A program made the translations under genes and the position numbers. Positions 56,576-64,000 of a stretch of 64,000 nucleotides of DNA are shown one piece after another. The stretch covers positions 2,602 to 66,601 of the forward strand of contig QKHT01000075.1 in the NCBI GenBank assembly GCA_003249935.1, in the 5' to 3' direction. Below the pieces are notes generated by a model, which made no database searches, was not told the DNA's origin, and saw only the letters and a program-made list of their open reading frames with translations. Each line of letters starts with the position of its first letter. The stretch's first letter is position 1. The DNA comes from Bacteroidota bacterium. Lineage in GTDB: Bacteria; Bacteroidota; Bacteroidia; Bacteroidales; UBA5342.

Positions 56576-59068
56576 ATGAATACAAAAACAAAATCGGTAC
56601 GACTTTTAAGTGAACTGAAAACCGGCGATCAGGGTGTAATTATCCGGGTATCGGGTCAGGGTGCTTTTCGCAAACGAATTACCGAAATGGGATTTGTTAA
56701 AGGTAAATTAGTAACCGTTGTAAAAAATGCACCGTTACAAGATCCGGTCGAATATCGGATTATGGATTACGAAGTATCGCTGCGGCGGTCGGAGGCAAAC
56801 CTTATTGAAGTAGCCACGATAAAAGATTCATCCTATATCAACTCAACTGAGTTTAAGGGAACGATAGACGACAATCGTCTTAAAACGAACGACAATGCAG
56901 CCCATGGTTCAGCCATAAAAATTGCCTTTGTGGGCAACCCCAATTGTGGTAAAACCACTCTGTTTAATTTTGCTTCGGGCTCGCGCGAACGGGTTGGAAA
57001 CTACAGTGGTGTGACCGTAGATGCCAAGGAGGCGACCTTTAAATACAACAACCGCGATTTTATTGTGGTCGACCTGCCGGGTACGTACTCCATTACCGAA
57101 TATTCGCCCGAGGAGCTGTATGTAAGGGAATACCTTACCAATAACAAGCCCGATATTGTGGTGAACGTTATCGATGCATCGAATCTGGAGCGGAATTTAT
57201 TCCTTACCACCCAACTGATCGACATGAATATCAAGGTAATCATTGCCCTGAACATGTACGATGAACTTGAAAATTCAGGTGCAAAATTCGACTATGATAA
57301 GCTTGCCAAAATGATTGGGATTCCAATTGTGCCAACCGTTGGTTCGAAAGGGAAAGGAATTGCCGAGTTATTTGCCAAGGCAGAACAGGTGTATGCCAAC
57401 CTCGACCCCGTGGTGCGCCACATTCATATCAATTATGGCCCCGAAATTGAATCGGCCATTGACCATATAAAAAAAAGTATCAAGGCCAATATTAAAGTAC
57501 GAACTCAAGAGTCGCCACGCTATTTGGCCATAAAGCTGTTAGAAGAAGATCAAGCCACATTATCGACATTAAAGCGATTAGGCAACACATTGGCGATTGA
57601 GCACTGTGTGCAAAATCAGATTCAGATTCTCGAAAAACAGTATAACGAAAAATCGGAGACAATAATCGCCGACAGTAAATATGGGTTTATTGCCGGTGCG
57701 TTGAAGGCTACTTTCGAAAATGGTGTAGAAGTACGAAGACGACGTTCGGCCGACATTGATTCGATACTTACCCATCGTTTTTTAGGATTTCCATTCTTTA
57801 TACTATTTATGTGGGCCATGTTTCAAGCCACATTTACAATTGGTAGCTACCCCATGCATTGGATTGATTCAGGGGTTCAGTTACTAAACGATTATATGCA
57901 TAACATAATGACAGATGGCCCGCTGAAGGATTTGGTAATCGATGGCATATTGGGTGGTGTAGGTGGCGTCATTATCTTTTTGCCAAATATTCTTATCCTC
58001 TTTTTCTGCATATCGCTTATGGAAGATACCGGTTACATGGCTCGGGCATCGTTCATTATGGATAAATTGATGCAAAAAATAGGACTTCATGGCAAATCGT
58101 TTATTCCGCTAATCATGGGATTTGGGTGCAACGTGCCGGCTGTTATGGCTACCCGTACGCTCGACAACTACAAAGACCGGATACTCACTATGATTATAAC
58201 ACCATTTATGAGCTGTAGTGCACGATTGCCGGTTTACGTTTTACTTATTTCGGCCTTTTTTCCGCAAAATCAAGGATTAATACTGTTTTCGGTATATCTT
58301 ACAGGTATTGTACTCGCTATTTTGGTTGGATTAATTTTTAAAAATACACTTTTTGCCAAGAAAAATGTTCCCTTTGTAATGGAACTTCCCCCTTATCGTA
58401 CACCTACCCTCCGAAATACAGCCATACACATGTGGCATAAAGGCGAGCAGTACCTTAAAAAAATGGGTGGTGTAATTCTGGTGGCATCCATACTCATTTG
58501 GGCATTGGGTTACTACCCTCAAAATACAGTTTATTCTATAAATTACGATGCCAAAATTGAAGCCATAAAAATTGATACCACCCTGTCGGTTCAGGCTCAA
58601 AACAATGCCATTGCAAACTTAAAAATGCACCAACAAAACGAAAAACAGGAGCAATCGTATATTGGTCGTATGGGTAAGGCGATTGAACCGGTAATTAAAC
58701 CTTTGGGATTTGATTGGAAAATTGGCGTTTGCATAATTACCGGACTGGCAGCCAAGGAAATAGTAGTAAGCACAATGGGCGTGCTTTATCTCGATGGCGC
58801 AGAAGGTGAAAATTCGGCCACTTTGGTCGACAAGTTAAAAAATGAAAAATACAAAACCGGAAAACTGGAAGGCAAAAAAGTCTTTACACCATTGGTAGCT
58901 TTAGCACTTATGTTATTTGTACTTATTTACTTTCCGTGTATAGCAGTAATTGCAGCAATAAAAAAAGAGGGAAACTGGCGGTGGGCATTATTTACAATGA
59001 CGTATACAACAATTTTAGCATATTTTATAGCATTAGCCACCTATCAAATTGGCAGCTTATTTGTTTAA
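56576..59068 (+). CDS. feoB: Ferrous iron transporter, FeoA-FeoB fusion
   Basis: N-terminal FeoA SH3-like domain (LSELKTGDQGVIIRV), G-domain (GNPNCGKTTLFN, DLPG) and a polytopic gate domain; 830 aa. Confidence 0.95.
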   Translation: MNTKTKSVRLLSELKTGDQGVIIRVSGQGAFRKRITEMGFVKGKLVTVVKNAPLQDPVEYRIMDYEVSLRRSEANLIEVATIKDSSYINSTEFKGTIDDNRLKTNDNAAHGSAIKIAFVGNPNCGKTTLFNFASGSRERVGNYSGVTVDAKEATFKYNNRDFIVVDLPGTYSITEYSPEELYVREYLTNNKPDIVVNVIDASNLERNLFLTTQLIDMNIKVIIALNMYDELENSGAKFDYDKLAKMIGIPIVPTVGSKGKGIAELFAKAEQVYANLDPVVRHIHINYGPEIESAIDHIKKSIKANIKVRTQESPRYLAIKLLEEDQATLSTLKRLGNTLAIEHCVQNQIQILEKQYNEKSETIIADSKYGFIAGALKATFENGVEVRRRRSADIDSILTHRFLGFPFFILFMWAMFQATFTIGSYPMHWIDSGVQLLNDYMHNIMTDGPLKDLVIDGILGGVGGVIIFLPNILILFFCISLMEDTGYMARASFIMDKLMQKIGLHGKSFIPLIMGFGCNVPAVMATRTLDNYKDRILTMIITPFMSCSARLPVYVLLISAFFPQNQGLILFSVYLTGIVLAILVGLIFKNTLFAKKNVPFVMELPPYRTPTLRNTAIHMWHKGEQYLKKMGGVILVASILIWALGYYPQNTVYSINYDAKIEAIKIDTTLSVQAQNNAIANLKMHQQNEKQEQSYIGRMGKAIEPVIKPLGFDWKIGVCIITGLAAKEIVVSTMGVLYLDGAEGENSATLVDKLKNEKYKTGKLEGKKVFTPLVALALMLFVLIYFPCIAVIAAIKKEGNWRWALFTMTYTTILAYFIALATYQIGSLFV

Positions 59069-59083
59069 GTAATAAAAAGAAAA

Positions 59084-59236
59084 ATGGATCAAAATATCAT
59101 TGTTCTCATTATTGTATTTGCCGCATTGTTTTACGCATTGTACAAGGTAAGTCGCTCGTTTTTGGCAAAAAACGACAAAGGATGCGGCGATAGTTGCTCG
59201 TGTGGCTCGCGCCCCGACCTAAAAACACACAAGTAA
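59084..59236 (+). CDS. FeoB-associated Cys-rich small membrane protein (50 aa; absent from the ORF track)
   Basis: MDQNIIVLIIVFAALFYALYKVSRSFLAKNDKGCGDSCSCGSRPDLKTHK: one TM helix plus a CGxxCxC tail. It starts 16 nt after the feoB stop. Confidence 0.6.
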   Translation: MDQNIIVLIIVFAALFYALYKVSRSFLAKNDKGCGDSCSCGSRPDLKTHK

Positions 59237-59239
59237 AAA

Positions 59240-59278
59240 AACAACAAAAGCGAAGAAAAATTCTTCGCTTTTGTTGTT
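59240..59278. terminator. Strong hairpin terminator between convergent genes
   Basis: AACAACAAAAGCGAAGAA-AAA-TTCTTCGCTTTTGTTGTT, an 18-bp perfect stem. Confidence 0.8.
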
Positions 59279-59298
59279 ACATATGGTTCAACATTATA

Positions 59299-59757
59299 TT
59301 ATTTTAGCAATTCGGGCAAATAGCATGCGATATACGAAATAGCATCACTTACCGGAAGGTGCTTTGTTTCAATTTTTTTCTGATATTGAAAATTTTCGGT
59401 ATTCAAACTGACAAAATTTTTATTTTTAACCGAGTATTTTCTAACCATTTTTTTAACGCCAAAACCCTCTTTATCGCATCCGTATAATGCTTCAAAATTG
59501 TTTCCTCGCACAACATAGTAGCGACAATCCGATTCGTTAACCACACCAACCTGTACCGGTTGGTCAAAATTGTCGAAGTAGATTACATAAGTATCTACTG
59601 TTTTGCCATCAACAACCATTTTTGTTAGAGCACTTCCGGACAAATACTTTCCAAATGAGGTATTGCTTTCGCCTACCATTGCATTGGCTTTTAATACTGA
59701 GGTTGAAGAAGTTAAGAGAAGGATAACTGCGATTGATAAAAGCTTAATTGTTTTCAT
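59299..59757 (-). CDS. Secreted hypothetical protein
   Basis: Signal peptide MKTIKLLSIAVILLLTSSTSVLKA. I recognise no motif. Confidence 0.5.
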   Translation of the reverse strand: MKTIKLLSIAVILLLTSSTSVLKANAMVGESNTSFGKYLSGSALTKMVVDGKTVDTYVIYFDNFDQPVQVGVVNESDCRYYVVRGNNFEALYGCDKEGFGVKKMVRKYSVKNKNFVSLNTENFQYQKKIETKHLPVSDAISYIACYLPELLK

Positions 59758-59993
59758 GACATGTATTTTTAAATGTTATTATAAAGTATTGTTTTAATCA
59801 CACTGTAAAATTACACTCCGATTACACCGAAAAGAAACACAAATCTGCCGACAAATGCCAACCGTAGGGCAATCAGTGAAAATAGTCGGCAAATGGTTCA
59901 AATAAGAGACAAATCGGTGAATGTTTTGGTAAAACTAAAAATTGGTCAAATCATTTTATTAAGTTCGCAAAAAGATAAAATTGAAATTTTTAT

Positions 59994-61067
59994 ATGTCGG
60001 GTATAATAACAAAAGCCAAAGTTGAAGCAGCAAAGCTCCGGTTTGTCCAAAAACTGAAAGAGATAGAAATGCCAGATAAAATATCGGCATATACCCGTGC
60101 ATATTTAATGCATATAGCTAATAATTCGGCCTTCTATGTCGACTTATATGTACAAATGCTCGATTATGCCTTTAAAAACAACGACTTTAATACAAAGTCG
60201 GTGGTGGTAGATTATGGCGGGGGGAGTGGAATGCTTAGTTTTTTTCTATCGCTTGCAGGCTTCAGGAATATTATTTACATCGACATTTATGAGCAATCGG
60301 TTATTGATGCAAAGGTAATTTCTAAACACTACGGTTTTTCGAATCAAATATCGTTTGTGTGTGGAACCGAAACCGACCTGACCGTACATTTAGCAAGCCA
60401 TTCATTAGCATTGGACCTTTTGGTATCTTCTGATGTAATCGAACATATATACAATATCAAAAATTTTCTTACTTGTATAATGGAGGTTATGAACACAAAC
60501 GCTGCACTCGTTTTTACATCCGGCGCAAACCGTTACAATCCGTTTACATTTTTAAAACTTCGACGCGCACAACTAAAAGCCGAAAACTATGGCTTTAAAG
60601 GCGATGAAACCAGTAAGCCGGGTGATGAATTACTGCCTTTTGCCCTTTTGAGATCTACGTATATTGACACCAATTTTGGTTCACGCCTCAATAAAAAAGA
60701 GGTGAAAGCCCTTACCAAACGATCCCGTGGATTAATTTATAACGATATACACAAATTGGTGGAGAACTATTTGAATACAGGAACATTGCCCAAAAAAGTC
60801 CGAAATCTATCGAATACATGTGACCCATCGACCGGCAATTGGCACGAACAGATGTTAGATTTAAAACAAATACAACAATTTTGCTTAACACAAAACAGAA
60901 TGGCAAGAATTACCGGAGGGCTCTATTGTATGAGCGGGCATGAAAAAAAGATTTTGAGGTTCATTAAAAAAGGGCTGAATTTAATATTGAACCATGCAGG
61001 CAAATTTAAAATTACCATTGCACCATTTTACATTTTGGCTATTGAACATAAAAAAAGCCGCTTGTAA
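59994..61067 (+). CDS. Class I SAM-dependent methyltransferase with long flanking extensions
   Basis: Motif I VVDYGGGSGMLS, an acidic residue at the end of strand 2 (IYIDI) and motif IV-like SSDVIEH. Confidence 0.75.
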   Translation: MSGIITKAKVEAAKLRFVQKLKEIEMPDKISAYTRAYLMHIANNSAFYVDLYVQMLDYAFKNNDFNTKSVVVDYGGGSGMLSFFLSLAGFRNIIYIDIYEQSVIDAKVISKHYGFSNQISFVCGTETDLTVHLASHSLALDLLVSSDVIEHIYNIKNFLTCIMEVMNTNAALVFTSGANRYNPFTFLKLRRAQLKAENYGFKGDETSKPGDELLPFALLRSTYIDTNFGSRLNKKEVKALTKRSRGLIYNDIHKLVENYLNTGTLPKKVRNLSNTCDPSTGNWHEQMLDLKQIQQFCLTQNRMARITGGLYCMSGHEKKILRFIKKGLNLILNHAGKFKITIAPFYILAIEHKKSRL

Positions 61068-61081
61068 CAGCGGCTTTTTTT
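61051..61081. terminator. Bidirectional rho-independent terminator; the methyltransferase stop codon lies in the loop
   Basis: AAAAAAGCCGCT-TGTAAC-AGCGGCTTTTTTT. Confidence 0.85.
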
Positions 61082-61086
61082 ATTCC

Positions 61087-62691
61087 TTATTTTTTCTGAA
61101 CATCTTCTACAAAATTTTCGTGAACTTCGGCAACCCGACCCGATGGATCGGTATTTTTTTGCCATTTCGGAATCCATTTCATTACCGATTTTGCCGCACT
61201 TTCCTGTGGATAAAACTTATGGAAAATGGTTCGAAACAAGAATGCTTCCTTTGTATTCGGTGTATTTATGGGAAATAATGCTTCGGCTTGTGCAAACTCT
61301 TGGTCGCTAACCTTTGCATTGGCATACTCAACAATACCATCTATCCAGCTATAACCAACACCATCGCTAAATTGCTCTTTCTGACGCCACAAAATTTCTG
61401 AAGGCAAATAAGGATTTTCCTTATTGTCGAATGCAGCACGGAGTATTTTCTTTTCAATAATACCTTCGGCTTTGCTTGGCCTTTTGTCTTCGGCTCTTAT
61501 AACCATGGCTACGTCAAGGAAATCGCGATCAAGGAAAGGCACACGGGCTTCGATTCCATGAGCCATCGTTGACTTATCGGCACGTAAACAATCGGCAGTA
61601 TTAAGTAATCCAACACGGCGAACAGTTTCTTCGCTAAAATCTTTCAGCGACGGTGCATTATGAAAATAGAGGTATCCACCAAAGATTTCATCTGCACCTT
61701 CACCCGACATTACCACCTTTATCCCCTTTTCCTTAATATATTTCGAAAGAAAAAACATTGGGGTAGAAGCCCGAATGGTAGTTACATCGTACGACTCTAT
61801 ATGCCAGATAATCTCTTCGAGTGCAGCAATACCTTCTTCTATCGAAAATGTTACATTATGATGAATGGTCCCGATAAAATCAGCTACTTTTTTAGCCGCT
61901 TTAATATCCGGTGCGTCTAAGTTCACGCCTACTGAAAAAGAGTGCAACTCTTGCTTGTTGGCATCACAAAAACGCTTGGTTATCGATGCAATGAGACTAG
62001 AGTCCAACCCTCCCGATAACAAAACACCAATTGGCACATCGGCCATCATTCGTTTACGGGTCGACTCAACTAAAGCATCATGCAACTTTTTTTCATCGCC
62101 GGCCTCTTTAATCACCGAAATGTCTAACCAATCCGGATTATAATATTTTACAAATCCTGTTTCAGGCGTGTAGTAATGCCCCGGAGGAAATTGAGCAAAA
62201 TCGACACACTGGTCGGCAATGGATTTCATTTCGGATGCCACCCACATAACGCCTTCGCTATCGTGACCGTAATATAGCGGCTTAATGCCAATTGGGTCAC
62301 GACCAATCATATAGGTATCTTCTCCAATGACAACAAAACCAAAAATACCCTTCAGCATATTGCAAAAATCTACACCAAACTTTTCGTAGAGATGCACAAT
62401 TACTTCGCTATCGCATGTAGTTCTAAAGGTGTGATCATTTAATACGGTATCTCGCAACTCCTGATGATTGTAAATTTCACCATTGTGAGCAACCCAAAAA
62501 CTGTCTGTTCCCTGAATAGGTTGTTTACCGGTATTTAAATCTACAATTGAAAGTCGTTCGTGAGTCAGTATCCAACCTTTACTGTTAAAATGAATATCGG
62601 ATTCATCAGGTCCGCGATGAGACATCCGTTTTGATAAGGCCTGAACTGTGGCTATATCTTTTTTTCCAAATACTGCTAAAATTCCACACAT
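61087..62691 (-). CDS. asnB: Asparagine synthase B (glutamine-hydrolysing)
   Basis: MCGILAVFG N-terminus, SGGLDSS PP-loop, 534 aa, AsnB-type C-terminal region. Confidence 0.95.
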   Translation of the reverse strand: MCGILAVFGKKDIATVQALSKRMSHRGPDESDIHFNSKGWILTHERLSIVDLNTGKQPIQGTDSFWVAHNGEIYNHQELRDTVLNDHTFRTTCDSEVIVHLYEKFGVDFCNMLKGIFGFVVIGEDTYMIGRDPIGIKPLYYGHDSEGVMWVASEMKSIADQCVDFAQFPPGHYYTPETGFVKYYNPDWLDISVIKEAGDEKKLHDALVESTRKRMMADVPIGVLLSGGLDSSLIASITKRFCDANKQELHSFSVGVNLDAPDIKAAKKVADFIGTIHHNVTFSIEEGIAALEEIIWHIESYDVTTIRASTPMFFLSKYIKEKGIKVVMSGEGADEIFGGYLYFHNAPSLKDFSEETVRRVGLLNTADCLRADKSTMAHGIEARVPFLDRDFLDVAMVIRAEDKRPSKAEGIIEKKILRAAFDNKENPYLPSEILWRQKEQFSDGVGYSWIDGIVEYANAKVSDQEFAQAEALFPINTPNTKEAFLFRTIFHKFYPQESAAKSVMKWIPKWQKNTDPSGRVAEVHENFVEDVQKK

Positions 62692-62729
62692 AAATGAGAC
62701 TAATTTTCAATTAGTTATAAATAACGCAA

Positions 62730-62737
62730 CAAATATA
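62730..62737 (-). promoter_or_regulatory. Candidate -7 box (TATATTTG on the minus strand) for asnB
   Basis: CAAATATA on the plus strand, about 40 nt upstream of the asnB ATG. Confidence 0.3.
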
Positions 62738-63111
62738 TCAATAAGTTTAATATTATCCAAATAACGTATCATATTAATGCCCAATATTATCATTTAGTTA
62801 CATATAGTAAGTTTATGGAGTTAAAACAAGAAATATGCACAAATTATCCAATGAAGCGATTATTTATAAGGGGTATAAAGAAGGAATTCTACTATTTTGT
62901 TACAATCACCTACCTAAATTAGGGGGGGGATCATTCAAAATTCGACAATTAACAATTTTGACCGAAATGAATTTAAAAATGTCATTTTAATATTTTAGCA
63001 GCATATAATTGCATTTACAACGTGATATTATATCATTTTGATAGATAAAGACCACTTTAACACTCAAATAAAAACTTATTTGCTAACTAATTGTCAAATC
63101 AAAAAAAACTT

Positions 63112-63160
63112 TTAGTAAAAAAATAAAATGCCATCAATCTCGAATGATTAATGGCATTTT
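63112..63160 (-). terminator. Rho-independent terminator of ugd
   Basis: AAAATGCCATCAATC pairs with GATTAATGGCATTTT (one mismatch, 6-nt loop). A T-run follows on the minus strand. Confidence 0.8.
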
Positions 63161-63191
63161 TATATTCAAATGAACAATTTTCGAACAGAAT

Positions 63192-64000
63192 TTATTTCGA
63201 ACTTTTTCCGATAGAGAAATATTTGAAGCCTCTTTCCTTCATTTCTGATTCGTTATAAATATTTCGACCATCGAAAACCACTTTATTTTTCATCAAATCA
63301 GACAACTGAGTATAATTAGGCACTCTGAATTCATTCCATTCAGTAACAAGCAACAGCGCATCCGCATCTGCAACTGCATCGTAAGGGTGTTCGACATATT
63401 CAATAATATCGCCGATCATACGCTTCGTTTCGTGCATTGAAACCGGATCGTAAGCAGAAACCGTGGCCCCATGCTTCAACAATTCATCTATGATTACTAA
63501 CGAAGGTGCTTCGCGCATATCATCGGTATTTGGTTTAAAAGACAATCCCCAAATTGCAAACTTTTTGCCTTTAATATCACCAAAATGATTAATAACTTTA
63601 TTCGAAAGCACAAATTTCTGGCGTTCGTTTACAGCCTCAACGGCTTTTAAAACTTCGAGAGTATATCCATGAGTCTGAGCAGTTTTAATTAATGCCTTAA
63701 CGTCTTTTGGAAAGCATGAACCACCATACCCCACACCGGGATAGATAAATTTATTTCCGATACGACCATCAGAACCAATACCTTTTCGAACCATAGAAAC
63801 ATCGGCACCTACAATTTCGCAAAGATTTGCGATATCGTTCATAAAACTAATTTTTGTGGCAAGCATTGAATTGGCGGCATATTTTGTCATTTCGGCCGAT
63901 GGAATATCCATACTCAAAATCAGATGACCATTGAGCACAAAAGGATTATAGATTCTTTTCAACGTTTTCTCTGCCTGTTCCGTTTCCACACCAATTACAA
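63192..64000 (-). CDS. ugd: UDP-glucose 6-dehydrogenase, 3' portion (the gene continues past the window end)
   Basis: GVGYGGSCFPKDV catalytic Cys motif and the C-terminal UDP-binding domain. The frame is open to position 64000, so the METEQ... start in the ORF track is not the real start. Confidence 0.9.
   Translation of the reverse strand, partial: VIGVETEQAEKTLKRIYNPFVLNGHLILSMDIPSAEMTKYAANSMLATKISFMNDIANLCEIVGADVSMVRKGIGSDGRIGNKFIYPGVGYGGSCFPKDVKALIKTAQTHGYTLEVLKAVEAVNERQKFVLSNKVINHFGDIKGKKFAIWGLSFKPNTDDMREAPSLVIIDELLKHGATVSAYDPVSMHETKRMIGDIIEYVEHPYDAVADADALLLVTEWNEFRVPNYTQLSDLMKNKVVFDGRNIYNESEMKERGFKYFSIGKSSK

Noticed and set aside
62922-62929. G8 homopolymer in the AT-rich asnB upstream region as a phase-variation tract
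   Set aside because: It lies about 230 bp from the asnB start and is not between -33 and -7 elements or inside a coding frame. No supporting evidence is visible.
1-64000. Stop-codon reassignment, prompted by the in-frame TAG in the MarR gene and the open frame after the LacI TGA
   Set aside because: Well-recognised genes in the window terminate at TAA, TAG and TGA at their expected lengths (for example, the helicase and the T9SS tail end at TAG). Standard code 11 therefore fits.
1-64000. tRNA, rRNA, transposase, integrase, prophage or conjugation genes
   Set aside because: I recognised none in any frame or intergenic region. The intergenic gaps are short and AT-rich, apart from the repeats reported above.

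Overview
Densely coding chromosomal segment that looks like Bacteroidota: a T9SS C-terminal sorting tail at the left edge, a complete Bat aerotolerance operon, a FeoA-FeoB fusion, a DUF4293-type gene and TAnnTTTG-like -7 boxes. I recognised no rRNA, tRNA, CRISPR array, transposase or integrase. Gene order: Na+-pumping methylmalonyl-CoA decarboxylase operon with epimerase (235-4756); dprA; an AsnB-like amidotransferase and a sensor kinase; a four-gene glycan or glycolipid operon (SDR, GT4, formyltransferase-like/propeller fusion, Wzx-like flippase; 10520-15460); a large hybrid-type sensor kinase; a globin-like gene; folP-cdaA; moxR-DUF58-batABCDE (21134-29563); lpxB, dapB, lepB, recX, hpt, adk, obg, a LolE-like permease, NUDIX, DUF47-PiT and ompA. 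The accessory part follows. First is a five-gene, translationally coupled redox operon (40722-46921): a NuoE-NuoF-ferredoxin fusion, a membrane-anchored PQQ-type beta-propeller, NapH-like and NapG-like Fe-S proteins, and a small Tat/Cys protein. Next is a nine-unit 16-bp tandem array (47039-47183). Then comes a visibly AT-richer island (47192-52387) encoding two CARF-type cyclic-oligoadenylate effectors: a Card1/Can2-like CARF plus PD-(D/E)xK nuclease, and a Csx1 CARF-HEPN. With them are a small Rossmann-like protein, an MNT/HepT pair and a divergent RecD-like SF1 helicase. No Cas10, other cas gene or CRISPR array occurs anywhere in the 64 kb. This orphan CARF-effector island is my best candidate for an undescribed system, and the redox operon is second. 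To the right lie a MarR gene interrupted by an in-frame TAG, an orphan HlyD adaptor, eda, a LacI regulator, feoAB with a small Cys-rich partner, a methyltransferase, asnB and the 3' part of ugd. All functional calls rest on motifs read from the translations. No database search was run.
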